Shown: positions 12,950-26,039 of the stretch, piece after piece | How positions within the stretch are numbered: the first letter of the stretch is position 1 | How the letters are laid out: each line of letters begins with the position of its first letter | Source of the DNA: Rhynchobatus australiae | Lineage: Eukaryota | Length of the DNA stretch: 64,000 nt | Direction of reading: 5' to 3' | NCBI GenBank assembly: GCA_034780895.1 | Contig: JAUZTB010000098.1 | Location: forward strand, 85,989,963-86,053,962 | Made by a program: the position numbers and the translations under genes | The notes under the pieces: model-generated | Told to the model about the DNA's origin: nothing | Databases searched by the model: none | The model's input: only the letters and a program-made list of their open reading frames with translations

Positions 12950-13670
12950 AAAATCTCGTGTCTCGCTCTGCTCTCCCACCCCACTCTCTCTCGCTCTCTC
13001 AAATACACACACACCCTGGTCCTTTCTCTCTCGCGCTGCCCCCTTGCTCTNNNNNNNNNNNNNNNNNNNNNNNNNNNNNNNNNNNNNNNNNNNNNNNNNN
13101 NNNNNNNNNNNNNNNNNNNNNNNNNNNNNNNNNNNNNNNNNNNNNNNNNNNNNNNNNNNNNNNNNNNNNNNNNNNNNNNNNNNNNNNNNNNNNNNNNNNN
13201 NNNNNNNNNNNNNNNNNNNNNNNNNNNNNNNNNNNNNNNNNNNNNNNNNNNNNNNNNNNNNNNNNNNNNNNNNNNNNNNNNNNNNNNNNNNNNNNNNNNN
13301 NNNNNNNNNNNNNNNNNNNNNNNNNNNNNNNNNNNNNNNNNNNNNNNNNNNNNNNNNNNNNNNNNNNNNNNNNNNNNNNNNCAGGGGTCCGGATGGTGGT
13401 GCCGGCGCAGGGCGCCCAGGCCATGGTGAGTCCTCGCCTCCCACCGTCCGCGTCTCCTCCGCCGTTCCCTGCCACAGCACATCCTGGGGAGTGGGGGAGC
13501 TCCCTCACTCCAACCTCCGCCTGTGGTCGATCCAGGTCGTCCTCTAGCTGCCGCCCTCCCTCTCTCCTCCCTGTGCCTCCCTCCCTCTGCGCCTTGCTCT
13601 GCCACTCTCTCTTTGTAGATCATTCCGCTCAAACTATTTTGTGAACTAACGATCGGCATATGTGGTTCAC
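12950..13670 (+). promoter_or_regulatory. CpG/GC-rich island, candidate promoter and first exon (core hidden in gap 13051-13381)
   Basis: The most GC- and CpG-rich patch in an otherwise CpG-depleted window, with CT-rich flanks. Contains GCCATG followed directly by GTGAGT. Confidence 0.5.
13382..13425 (+). other. Candidate exon 3' end terminating in ATG (13423-13425), donor GTGAGT at 13426
   Basis: ccaggccATG|GTGAGT combines a Kozak-like GCC-ATG with a consensus 5' splice site. An upstream in-frame ATG would give MVVPAQGAQAM. Confidence 0.4.
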
Positions 13671-14164
13671 CGATTAATCACAGATGCATGCATTTCAGTA
13701 GTGCACACCACGGCTGAGTAAACATCTGAGATCTGCATCCCTGCACCCACCCCCTCCCCCCACCCAGAATGATGCAACTGGAAAGATAAGACCTATGAAC
13801 CGCATATAAACAATAACATTAAGACCTCCAACATTAATATTGGTATTTTGCTATGCAAAAGTAAGCCCTATTTTCTAGTGTTTATTGGTACTGTGCAGAG
13901 TTTCTAAACAAAGGATTTGTGACAGATTTATTTTCCTCCTGCTATACAGATGGGGCTAATTATCTTCTTTCTGGAGGTTTGACCTTGCTGGTCATTTGTG
14001 AAAAGGTTGCCAGAAATAAATAAACTTTCCAATGAAACTGTGTTTGACCCTGATATTAAAGTTTTCTGTGGTGCTACTTCTACATCTTGTCTGGAATGAG
14101 ACGTTTTCAAGACCTTTCCTATCCCCCATACTGCTGGTGATAGGATTCTGATACTTCTCAATGT

Positions 14165-15966
14165 ATTGCAAAACAACCTAGGGGCGTAGTGGACAGTGAG
14201 GAAGGCTATCAAAGCTTGCAGCATNNNNNNNNNNNNNNNNNNNNNNNNNNNNNNNNNNNNNNNNNNNNNNNNNNNNNNNNNNNNNNNNNNNNNNNNNNNN
14301 NNNNNNNNNNNNNNNNNNNNNNNNNNNNNNNNNNNNNNNNNNNNNNNNNNNNNNNNNNNNNNNNNNNNNNNNNNNNNNNNNNNNNNNNNNNNNNNNNNNN
14401 NNNNNNNNNNNNNNNNNNNNNNNNNNNNNNNNNNNNNNNNNNNNNNNNNNNNNNNNNNNNNNNNNNNNNNNNNNNNNNNNNNNNNNNNNNNNNNNNNNNN
14501 NNNNNNNNNNNNNNNNNNNNNNNNNNNNNNNNNNNNNNNNNNNNNNNNNNNNNNNNNNNNNNNNNNNNNNNNNNNNNNNNNNNNNNNNNNNNNNNNNNNN
14601 NNNNNNNNNNNNNNNNNNNNNNNNNNNNNNNNNNNNNNNNNNNNNNNNNNNNNNNNNNNNNNNNNNNNNNNNNNNNNNNNNNNNNNNNNNNNNNNNNNNN
14701 NNNNNNNNNNNNNNNNNNNNNNNNNNNNNNNNNNNNNNNNNNNNNNNNNNNNNNNNNNNNNNNNNNNNNNNNNNNNNNNNNNNNNNNNNNNNNNNNNNNN
14801 NNNNNNNNNNNNNNNNNNNNNNNNNNNNNNNNNNNNNNNNNNNNNNNNNNNNNNNNNNNNNNNNNNNNNNNNNNNNNNNNNNNNNNNNNNNNNNNNNNNN
14901 NNNNNNNNNNNNNNNNNNNNNNNNNNNNNNNNNNNNNNNNNNNNNNNNNNNNNNNNNNNNNNNNNNNNNNNNNNNNNNNNNNNNNNNNNNNNNNNNNNNN
15001 NNNNNNNNNNNNNNNNNNNNNNNNNNNNNNNNNNNNNNNNNNNNNNNNNNNNNNNNNNNNNNNNNNNNNNNNNNNNNNNNNNNNNNNNNNNNNNNNNNNN
15101 NNNNNNNNNNNNNNNNNNNNNNNNNNNNNNNNNNNNNNNNNNNNNNNNNNNNNNNNNNNNNNNNNNNNNNNNNNNNNNNNNNNNNNNNNNNNNNNNNNNN
15201 NNNNNNTTACAGGAGTGAGAAAGATCAGCTGGTTGAGTGGTGTCACAGCAACGACCTCACACTCAATGTCAGCAAGACCAAGGAATTGATTGTGGACTTC
15301 AGGAAGGGAAAGTTGGGAGAACACTCACCAGTCTTCACTGAGAGGTCAGCGGTGGAAAGGATGAACAGCTTCATGTTCCTCGACATCAAAATCTCAGAGG
15401 ATCTATATTGGGATCAACACATTGATGCAATCATGAAGTANNNNNNNNNNGCATTGCCAGTGGCTCTACTTCATTAGGAGTTTGAGGAGATTTGGTATGT
15501 CAGCAAAAACTCTCACAAATTTCTAGAGATGTACAGTGGAGAGCATTCTGACTGGTTGCCTCACTACCTAGTATGGAGGCTCCAATGTGCAGGATTGAAA
15601 GAGGCTGCAGAAGGTTGTAGACTCAGCCAGCTTCATCATGTGCACAACCCTCCCTGCCATCGATGACATCTTCAAGAGGCAGCACCTCAAGATAGCGGCA
15701 TCCATTCATTAAGGACTCTCACCTACCATCGGGGAGTAAGTGTAGGAGCCAGAAGAGAGACACTGAATGATTCAGGAATAGCTTCATCTCTTCCACCATC
15801 AGGTTCCTGAATGGTCCATGAACACTACCTCACTATTCCTCTTTTGCATTATTTATTTATTTTTGTAACTTAAATTAACTTTTATGTCTTGTACTGTATT
15901 GCTGATGATAAGCAACAAATTTCACAACAACCGTCAATGATGATAAATTTGATTCTGATTTTGATT
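14165..15966 (+). mobile_element. Rex1/Babar-type LINE 3' part (spans a gap)
   Basis: ELIVDFRKGK...AVERMNSFMFLDIKISEDL and RCTVESILTGC, then a 3' UTR ending in (gattct)n. Confidence 0.8.
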
Positions 15967-15967
15967 C

Positions 15968-16370
15968 AGAGGGAGAAGTTGGGGAGGCTGGGACTTTATT
16001 CCTTGGTGTGACCTTACAGAAATTAATAAAATCATAAGGGGTATAAATAGGATGAATGCGCACAGCCTTTTTCCCAGGGAAATGGAATCAAAAACTAGAA
16101 GGCATAGGTTTAAGGTGAGAGGGGAAAGATTCAAAAGCGACCTGAGGGGCAACTACTTCACACACAGGTTGGTGTGTATTTGGAATGAGCTGTCAGAGGA
16201 AGTGGTTGAGGCAGGTACAATAACAACATTTAAAAGACACATGGATAGGAAAGGTTTGGAGGCATATGGGTCAATGTAGACAAATAGGACTAGCTTAGAT
16301 GGGTATCTTGGTCAGTATTGATAATTTGGGCCAAAGGGCCTATTTCTGTGCTGTATTACTCTATGACTTT
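15968..16370 (+). mobile_element. CR1/HER1 LINE 3' end
   Basis: SKTRRHRFKVRGERFKSDLRGNYFTHRLVCIWNELSEEVVEAGTITTFKRH plus 3' tail. Confidence 0.85.
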
Positions 16371-16609
16371 AGTGCATTTAAGCTGTCTAGCGCATAGAGA
16401 GTCAAAGAATATAACACAGAAGAGACTGATTGAAAACTAGCTACCAAGCTAATCCTACCATCCTGAGCTAAGGTCTTGTGGGTCACAGGTCTTCAACTAC
16501 ACATCCAAGTACTGCTTTAAGGCCACTGTCATGCTCTCAGGCAGAGAATTTCAAACCCCTGCCACCAATTCCTCATTTCTCCTCTGATCTTTTCACCAAT
16601 TACTTTAAA

Positions 16610-16995
16610 TCTTAACATGAGGATAAACAATGGGTCCCGATCAAAAGAGATCTGGTGGCAAAATGCATGTTCATATAGAGAGGTTTAATGGAGGGTTTTA
16701 TATGAAAGAATGATGTGGGGTGTTGGAGGGGCTTTAGGGAGGGAATTACAGAACCTGTGAGTTGGATCGAAGGGCTCCTACAAAAGATGGCACATTAATA
16801 GTGGGGTAAATGGAGTGGGTAAAGATGCAAAAGATGTAAGCTCTGTGACCTGGAAATTATGGGAGCAGGTTGCAAGCACAGGGTAATGCTTCATGGAAGC
16901 ATTCAACATAAGGTAGGGAATTTTAAATCTGAAGCAGTGAGGAACTGGGAATTGTGGATATTCGTCAGGACCAGGTCAATTGACAAATGGGCCTT
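16610..16995 (-). mobile_element. L2 LINE 3' region, decayed
   Basis: ggagggttttata...gctttagggagggaattacagaacctg...gaattttaaatctgaagc. Confidence 0.5.
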
Positions 16996-18189
16996 GGGAG
17001 TGTCTATAAAGTAAAACCAAGGTGTTTCAAACCTCAGGAAATCTACATTTAGTGATAGTAAAATACATATTCACACAATGACTATTAAATTAATCTTGCA
17101 CCAATTTTCAGTTGCCTTCTCTGATATCACAATTTTGCTATTCTGGAAAAAAAAGTGGATATTGGGTTGAAATTATAATACACAATATTAGTAATAAAAT
17201 TTGTGCTGAAGGATTAACAGGTCAGTTTATCATGGTTGACAGAAACCTTGTATTGATATTAAAATGATAAAATCATTAACACAATATAAGATTCATTGAG
17301 TTTGTTATTTGTTACAGCCGATTGCTAGTTCATGTTTCAAATGCGTTTACAGTCATTTTTAGGAAGTTCTTATGAATTGTGACAACTTGAGTGGTTTTGG
17401 TGCTGATAGATTGAAAACTGCTCCATCACATTTGGCGTGTGACAAGATGTAGACAGGACATGAGTAGGCCACTCAGTGCTTCATGTCCATTCTACTGTTT
17501 AATGGCTGATCTGCACAACTTTCCCATTTTGCTCTGAATCCTTCACTATTTCCATCCAATCTCCTGGAACAGAACAGCACTGGACAGGCTATTTGACCCA
17601 TGATGACCTGACCTGGTAACTTAAGATCTCAGGCCTGGTAATTTAGGCTGGCTAGCACCTGCTGGCTTTTAAAGGAAGGGAAATAGATTTCCACCACTCT
17701 TAAGGTGGATGAAATGTTCCGGATGTCAGTCCTAAAGCCTTGGCTCTAATTGCTAAGATTATATCCCCATATTCTGAATTCCCCAATGAGCAGAAATAGT
17801 TCCTTGGTATTTATTTTNNNNNNNNNNNNNNNNNNNNNNNNNNNNNNNNNNNNNNNNNNNNNNNNNNNNNNNNNNNNNNNNNNNNNNNNNNNNNNNNNNN
17901 NNNNNNNNNNNNNNNNNCAGAATCCTTTTGTAGACCACACATCGGAAGTACTGCACTCCCCCATCAACATTAAGCAAGGCAATAAGTATTTGGAAATATG
18001 AAACATTCCTATCTCTAGTGGAATCAAACTGTTCTGTTATTATGAAGATAACAATCACCTAAAGAATGTGTTTTGGAGCTCTTGTCTAGCACATTAATTT
18101 TAGGCTCTATAAATAGTTGTTCCTCAAAGATATATCAAAGCAAGTTACTCAGGCATCGCCAATTTTAATTGCTGCATCACAGTTACCCA

Positions 18190-18380
18190 GGTAATCCAGC
18201 TGCCAAGGCCCTGAGCACTGGAATACCTGTCTCCAAATTCTCCACCTTTCTACCTCATTTTCATTCTCCAAGTTGCCCCCTAAAACTTTGACCAAACTCC
18301 CCCAACATCTCGCTACATCGTTCAGAGTCAAATTTTGTTTGTAATTGTTTCTCTAAAGTGCCCTGGGACATCCTGTGTTG
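18190..18380 (+). mobile_element. L2 LINE 3' end
   Basis: cagctgccaaggccctgagcactggaat...ttttgaccaa...gtcaaattttgt...aagtgccctgggac. Confidence 0.55.
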
Positions 18381-18589
18381 TTTATTTTTAATTTTCCAAG
18401 AACAATATGAAATCCCAGAAATGACTGGTTTAGTTTTAAATATACGCAAAGCCATTGCAAGGCATGGGCGGGTGATGGGTGGAGCCATCGTCAACCTTTG
18501 AAGATCTGGAATTTTCCAGCCACTATTGGAATCTAGTAATCCGCTGCACGATTGTTTGGAAATACTGATGGTTCAGCATCTGGCTCACC

Positions 18590-18760
18590 AGTAATGTTTC
18601 CCACATTCATTTTCAACTTAACAAGGCCCTGTTTCCCATGCTTCATTTAAACACATTGGGGCCTCATTTTCCACACCCCCTTTTAACTCACTGGGGCCCT
18701 TTTTCCTCTGCTCCTATTAAGCACAATGGCCTTGTCTGGGCTTCCTTTAAACTTATCGAG
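18590..18760. repeat. Degenerate tandem repeat, unit about 35 bp, 4-5 copies
   Basis: Recurring unit similar to ggggccct(g/c)tttcccac..ccttt(t)aaacaca(c/t). Confidence 0.5.
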
Positions 18761-18834
18761 GTTCACTGGAAAACTTCTTATTTTACTGTGTAACATCTAT
18801 AAACAAGTGAAGTAATAGTGTGTTGTGGTACTAG

Positions 18835-18966
18835 AGAAACAAAGGACTGCAGATGGTGGAATCTAGATGAAAAACATGATGATGCTGGAGGAACTCAGCA
18901 GGCGAGGCAGCATCCGTGGAGAAAAGCAGACGGTCAACATTTCAGGTCAGGGCTCTTCTTCGGGAC
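18835..18966 (+). repeat. Foldback (probably Penelope-associated) repeat
   Basis: gactgcagatggtggaatctagatgaaaaaca...gctggaggaactcagcaggcgaggcagcatccgtggag. Confidence 0.6.
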
Positions 18967-21269
18967 CAGGTTAATTGAAAAATGGGTCTAGGGATTGTGT
19001 ATTATAATTTCAACCCAATATCCACTTTATTCTTTTTTTCCAGAATGCATGTGTTGGAATACATGGGATAATAGGAATAACATCCAATAGTTTGGAGAAT
19101 CTGCCAGGCCACATTACCAAGTCCCTGNNNNNNNNNNNNNNNNNNNNNNNNNNNNNTTACTGTATTAAAATCAATTGCTCACCGACAATAGCACAGAAGG
19201 AAGCCATTCGACCCAGTTGGGTGAATTCTCTGCCAAACCAGGTGCAGAAAAGTAATAAAAGAATGAAAGAAATGTTCAACTGAAATGAAGAGTTAAAAGA
19301 AGAAATTATTTTTAAAATAATTTTTGCAGGTTTAGAAATTAATACCTGTTTGATATCAATAGTTGTGCTTTTTAGGAAACGCTGTGACTCCAATAAGTTT
19401 CAGAAGTGGAGTACAAAGCATAAAGGTTATTATGTAGCAAGGCTATCAACAAGAGAAGTTTCTGGACAATTTTTTTTAAACATCTACCTATAATTACGTT
19501 CCAAATGAGTGAGGCTTTACTATTGCCAGAGGTTAGGAATAATAATCACCTTGTTTAAGGGATTTAATTTTCTGTGGCAAATTCAGCTTGCACCCGCCCA
19601 ACAGATTCAACGGTTTTGTGCCATTCAATGTTTTCAATGTTAAGTTAAACAGCAGGATGGTGTTCTTTTTAAATGAAGATAATGTGATGTACTTCAGAGC
19701 AAATTTTAGATTTCTGTGTATAACTAAATATTTTCCCTAATTGTTAGACCTTGGCAGGATGACAGAAATTTGCAGTCTCCCTTTGGAGGATGACCAAAGA
19801 TTATGGGAAAGTTGTTGAACCTGGATTGTAGCTTGTGCATTAGAATCCTTTCCTAAAAGGACATGTCAGCTAGTTGGTTCTTGCAACAATCTGCAGCTTT
19901 CAGTATTTTTCTGATGCCATTTGATTTATTGACCAAACTTTTGACCACCTGTTCTGATAGTTCATTACAAAACCCAAATATCAAAGATGCTGGAAATTTT
20001 CAACAAGTGCCGAGGGTACTCTGCAGGCTAGGCAGTATCTGTGGATAGAGAAACAAGATTAATTTTGCAGTTCAATGACATCCATTCACAGATGCTGCCT
20101 CATTCATTGCGTGTTTCCACAAATTTCTGTGTTGCCTTCTGATATCTCGTTATTGTGAAATGTTGTCAGGCAATGTTCCTGTGAAGTGCTTGGNNNNNNN
20201 NNNNNATGCTGATGGTGCAGAAAAAATGCAAAATGTTATTGTGGTGCATTGTACTCCAGGCATTGACCACTCAGGGGAACGAACTAGCATTTCTCATGCA
20301 ATGTAAATCCGTTTTTCATTCAATGACACCAATTCAAAATACTCTACTGAAATCTCCCTACCAAAATTTGTCCTTTGTAATTAAGCACTTTATATTTTAT
20401 TTATGCAATTTGAAACTGCAAATTCATTTCAAGACAACTTAATGATAAATCAACTCAATGCATTTTCCCCATCTAAAAATTGATTTTAACTGCAGGAAAG
20501 AATGTGTCTCATTAATTTGTCCCTTCAGACATAACACCTTATTCATAAGTAATCTGTCAGTAATTTGTGTTGTGGTTTAAGGGCTTTTTGCCAATCCAAG
20601 TAACTTTCCATAAAAATTAACTGATTCATACTTAGCTGATGAGTAGTTTTCAAAAGAAAAATATAAAATTTATATCAGACATTCTGATATGAAAAAATCA
20701 AAATCAACAAGTCTCATGGCCACACCTTGTGTTTGATTATCTTTTTTGCACTTTTACATCAGGAAGATAATTATTATTAGAACTTCATGAGGATAGGACT
20801 GGTTCCTATTTCAGGAGTATAGTGCCAGGTATAGGTTAACCCCAGAGACAGAGTCCTACACCTCCTATGCTGTCCCAAAAAAAATGCTTTTATTTTAAAC
20901 TAATTTTTTTTTTACCATCTCCTCCCCAATAATTNNNNNNNNNNNNNNNNNNNNNNNNNNNNNNNNNNNNNNNNACAACTCTATAAAGATGATACACATT
21001 CCCACAAACTGCATGTAAATGCATATCCATAGGATATTCAATTTTTGGGAGACACCATATTTCATATCTATTCTTCCCCCACACAGAGAGGTGAACTTCT
21101 AACATGAGGAACCATGGTCTATTTCTTTCTGAATTGATTCAGACTATTGAAGCTAACCGTAAAGTTCCTGCAGTCCCGTCTGGTAATGGTAAACTATCCC
21201 AGCAAATACCACAGTTGAAGGGTGGTCTAGTGATATAGTTAATAGAACTGCTGCCTCACAATTCAAGCA

Positions 21270-21612
21270 ACATTCATCATTAAGACCCCCACCACTCGGG
21301 CCATGACCTCTTCTCATTGCTGCCATTAGGCAGGAGGTACAGGGGCCTGAAGAGTACACCTTCAACAGCTTCTTCCCCACTGCCATCAGATTTTGAACTG
21401 ACCTGAAGAACCCTAATTCTACCTCGGACTATATTTCGCTCAACCTGCACTAATGTTGTTATGTTATTTTTGTTTATTGTGTTGTGTAAGTTATGTATTA
21501 TTCATGTTACTTTTAAAGTTTATGTAATTTATGTTTGTTATGTTTGCAATGTACTGTGCAGCTGTTGCAAAAAACTAATTTCATGGTATTTATATCCTGG
21601 GTATGTATGCCC
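21270..21612 (+). mobile_element. Rex1/Babar 3' end
   Basis: atcattaagacccccaccac...ggcaggaggtacaggggcctgaag...aacagcttcttcccc (IKDPHHP...GRRYR...NSFFP). Confidence 0.75.
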
Positions 21613-22180
21613 NNNNNNNNNNCCAAAGCCCAAATTGCTGAATCAACTAAAGAAGCAGTTGGATAGATAACTAAAAGTTAGGTTAAAGAAAGAGTTCTTC
21701 TGGAGTGTTGTGAAGGAGGGGAGAAAGGCAGAGACAGAAGGATTAAGAGAGGAAATGCCAGAGTTTGGAAACAGCATGAATTAAGGGCATAGCCTCCAAG
21801 GATAGAGGAAAATGGATATGCTTTGTGCAAGAGGTAGAATACCTCTTGCAGAAAGAGGTTCAGTGCTCTTAGAGTCTGGAACACTCATGGTGAAGATGAA
21901 ACATGAAGTGGTTGGTAAATGTAGATTCTTATTTAATAAGCTTACATTCTTGGGTCAGGTGCTACATAAAGAAGGTGTAGAGAGAGTCCCATTATACTGT
22001 CTAAAGCTCATTCTGAAAAGATTCTATAAATAAAAAAAATGACAGCATTTTTCTTTTCCCTTTAAGAAGAATCCAAAATGGTTAAAACCCATGAAATGGT
22101 CTGGGAGTATAAGCCAGCAGCAAATNNNNNNNNNNNNNNNNNNNNNNNNNNNNNNNNNNNNNNNNNNNNNNNNNNNNNNN

Positions 22181-22533
22181 ATAGTGGTGCATCTAACAGA
22201 ACCACTGCTTCACTGCCAGAGATGAGGGCTGAATCCTGACCTCAGATATAGTCTATGTGGAGTTTGCACATTCTCTCTATGACTGTATGGATTTCCTCTG
22301 GGTAATCTAGATTCCTCCCACATCCCAAAGACATGCAGGTCAGTAAGTTAATTAGCCATTGTAAGTTGCCCCTAGTATGTAGGTGAATGGTAGAATTGGG
22401 GGGAGTTGATAAGAATGTGGGAGAATTGTGAAAAAAGGGATGAGTGTAGGATTAGTGTAAATGGTTGTTGATGGTTGGCACGGACTTCGTGGGCTGAAGG
22501 GCCTGTTTCTGTGTTTTATGTCTCAATGACTTG
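22181..22533 (+). mobile_element. HE1/V-SINE, near full length
   Basis: tRNA-like head, V-domain tgtggagtttgcacattctc...cccacatcccaaagac, and CR1-like tail gggctgaagggcctgtttctgtg. Confidence 0.85.
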
Positions 22534-23699
22534 ATGATTAATATTTTCAAGCTTTTATTTTAATAAGACATTGGTTTAAAGCTTGCTGGAAATTTAAATT
22601 TCTTCTGGTCTCATAATTTTTGAATGCTATCTTGGACTCCTGATTCCAATCCTGGTTCTCATTGTTGATTAGACACCTCGTCTTCAAGTTGATCAGCAAA
22701 CCAGAAGTCTGTAATGGAGCTGGAAGATGGAGATCAGATCTCCCATTGTTAAACCTTTGAGTTGGACAAATAACAATTGATAGGAATGCTTGCCAGGATT
22801 TACTCATCTCAAATGTGTGCACTTGTGGAAATAAAAACACCCTTTGTTCTTCCATCTTAAGCNNNNNNNNNNATTCAAGCATTTATATTTTGTGTGCCTC
22901 AGGACATCTCTGTTCTTTACAACCAACAGGGAGTAATGAAAGAAGCTTAGCATTCATTATGTGAATAACACGTTTCACAAACTGCAATAATATTACAACC
23001 AAATAAAATATTGGTTGAGGGATAAATATTGGCCATGGTGCCAAAGAGTTCTTTGTGTGTTCCCAGAAGTTTCCTTCCACAACACAGGCCTTCAGTCTAG
23101 TTGTTTGCACTCAAATCATTGGCATGGCATTTAGAACCATATCCTCTGACTCAGAGTGAGAAAAATCTGGGTATTGTATCAGGCCAATGTTCCCATTCCA
23201 TGTACTCCCTTTCAGTTTGGGAGTGAGTGAGGTTGCTAATTAGGCACCGTTCGCTCATTGTCTTTCAAAGAATACAACTAGGAATGTTCAAAACTCATGA
23301 CAATTCTGCTTGAACAGAAACTTTGCTTCCATTAATTTCATCTGGGCTGAAGCAAGAACCTCAATCTTCTANNNNNNNNNNNNNNNNNNNNNNNNNNNNN
23401 NNNNNNNNNNNNNNNNNNNNNNNNNNNNNNNNNNNNNNNNNNNNNNNNNNNNNNNNNNNNNNNNNNNNNNNNNNNNNNNNNNNNNNNNNNNNNNNNNNNN
23501 NNNNNNNNNNNNNNNNNNNNNNNNNNNNNNNNNNNNNNNNNNNNNNNNNNNNNNNNNNNNNNNNNNNNNNNNNNNNNNNNNNNNNNNNNNNNNNNNNNNN
23601 NNNNNNNNNNNNNNNNNNNNNNNNNNNNNNNNNNNNNNNNNNNNNTATATACTGTATTTTAAAAAGTATCCACTCATAAAGAGAATAATGATTTACATT

Positions 23700-24072
23700 A
23701 AAATAGAGTCTTTCACCTCACCTTCAGAACATCTCAAAATCCTTAATGGTTAATAAAGTCCTCCAGAAGTATAGTAACTCTCGTAGAAATCATAGCAGCT
23801 AATTTCAGTACTGTGAGAACCTTGATGATGAACAGGTTTTCTTATTAGTTTTGCTGACCAATGGATAAATATTGATCAGAATATCAGGGAGGACTCCTCT
23901 AGTCTTCTTCACAATACTGCCATAGTATATTTTGTGTAAAATTGAGCAAACGGAGCCTCAGTTTAACAGCTCAACTGAAAGTCAATCCCTCTGACAGTAC
24001 TGTCCAGTACTGGAGTGAAAGCTTCAGTTTCTGTTCTCAAATCTCTGGAGTGGGACCTAAAATTCATAACCT
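23700..24072 (-). mobile_element. Deu-type SINE
   Basis: ggataaatattgatcag...gcctcagtttaacagctcaactgaaag...ctctgacagt...ctggagtggga. Confidence 0.6.
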
Positions 24073-24734
24073 GCTAGCAAATGATCAACAAGTGCCACAT
24101 ATACAAGGTATGTACTGCCCTCCATTTTTTACTGATACTTCACTTAGCACTCAGGATGTTTTCACTGGAGATGAGAGGATTATTAGAATGAATGCTTCAC
24201 TGGGTCTGTCGTGAGCCTCACTGGTGTTCAGTAGCTGCACTTCACATTCCAGAGCAACATCAGCCCTCAACAGGTAGCCTCTCCACACTGAGCTGGGGTG
24301 TGGGGGAACAGGGAAGGGGGGAGGTTCACTGATGGAGAACAGGGACTTGCGCCAGACTCACAGCACAATGGTGTGTGAATGGATGGCTTGGTGGGTATAT
24401 TCCTGTGAGTGTTTGGAATGGAGGGCCAAGCCTGTAGTTACAATTCAGCACTCTGTGGGTGAGCACTAAACAGGTTAGAAGTGTACAATTGAAATGAGGA
24501 TTTTCTTGTTGTTATGTTGCAAGTATCTCTTCAGATTGGACAATATTAGTAGCATGTAGTTATACTGATGCTCCTGTACGTTAAATAAGGAGAAAAGTGA
24601 AAAACGCTATTAATATTGAAATGCCTGTGTGGAANNNNNNNNNNNNNNNNNNNNNNNNNNNNNNNNNNNNNNNNNNNNNNNNNNNNNNNNNNNNNNNNNN
24701 NNNNNNNNNNNNNNNNNNNNNNNNNNNNNNNNNN

Positions 24735-24974
24735 CATCGGGGAGGAGGTACAGGAGCCTGAAGACCCACACTCAACGATTCAGGAACAGCTTCTTCCCCT
24801 CTGTCATCAGACTTCTGAATGATTCATGAACCCATGAACACCACTTCATTATTCCTCTTTTGCACTATTTATTTTTGTAACTTATAGTAATTTTTATATC
24901 TTGCACTGTACTGCTGCCGTAAGACAACAAATTTCACAATATACGTCAATGATAATAAACCTGATCCTGATTCT
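24735..24974 (+). mobile_element. Rex1/Babar 3' end
   Basis: SGRRYRSLKTHTQRFRNSFFPSVIRLLN and tail taaacctgatcctgattct. Confidence 0.85.
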
Positions 24975-25518
24975 AAACCTCTGGTTAAGCCGCATCAGGA
25001 GTATTGCATTCAATTCTGGTCACCTCATTATAAGAAGGATGTGGAGGCTTTGGAGAGGGTGCAGAAGAGGTTCGCCAGGACGCTGCCTAGAACAGAGGGC
25101 ACATGCTTTCAAAAGAGGCTGGGATACTGGAGCAGTGGAGGCTGAGGGGAGACCCGATAGAAGTTTATAAAATTAGGAGAGACATAGACAGCCGGTATGT
25201 TTTCCCTCAGGGTCGAAATGTCTGTGCTGGAGGGCATGCATTTAAGTTGAGAGGGGGGAAAAGTTCAAAGGAGATGTGTGGAGTAATTATTTTTTTTACA
25301 CAGAGAGTGGTGGGTGCATGGAATGTGCTGCCAGGGGTGGTGGTGGAGGCAGATACGACAGAGGGGTTTAAGAAGCTCTGAGTTTGCCACATGAATGAGC
25401 AGGGAATGGGGGGATATGGATCACGTACAGACAGAAGGGATTAGGTGTCATTAGATTAATTAGTTCAGCACAACATCGTGGGCCGAAGGGCCTGTTCCTG
25501 TGCCATACTGTTCCGTGT
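24975..25518 (+). mobile_element. CR1/HER1 LINE 3' end
   Basis: LVKPHQEYCIQFWSP, RLRGDPIEVYKI and FFTQRVVGAWNVLPGVVVEADT, then tail gggccgaagggcctgttcctgtg. Confidence 0.85.
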
Positions 25519-26039
25519 AAAGGGCCCATTGTAGCCTTTTAACTTTGAATCTCTCAGTCTCCCAGCTTTTTATTCAAGCCGTGTCTACACGATTAGAGTC
25601 GGTCACTTGATTTGAGGAACCGAGCGTTGTAAAGGGCCCATCAGAGGAGATGCAGGTCGGTGTCGCACCTTGTGTGGTTTTCAAACACCCACGGACAATT
25701 ACTCCCCTGAAAGCAATTGCAACAAGCTGGAGTGCTTCAGTGACCTTTGGGTTTACTCACAGTGAAGGGCTCTGCCCACGTTACACAGACTGAGCAATTC
25801 ATCCTGGAAAGGAGGATTTTGTTCTACTTTTTGTTAACATTGATATCAGCTGTGCTTCAGTGGGAGGCTGTATCGTCTGTGAGTCAGAGGAATGTACATT
25901 CATCCCGATCTAGAATCAGCGGATGTTCACAATGCAGCATCAAAGGACTACTGAACAATCGAATAGCATCATACAGCACAGATACAGGCCCTATGGACCA
26001 TCTAATCCGTGCTGAGCATCAACCACAAGGCATCTACCA

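Noticed and set aside
12876-15324. Long ORFs (170-370 aa) here and at 23.3, 36.1, 52.1, 55.7 and 57.9 kb
   Set aside because: They are made of X residues from N gaps and carry no coding evidence.
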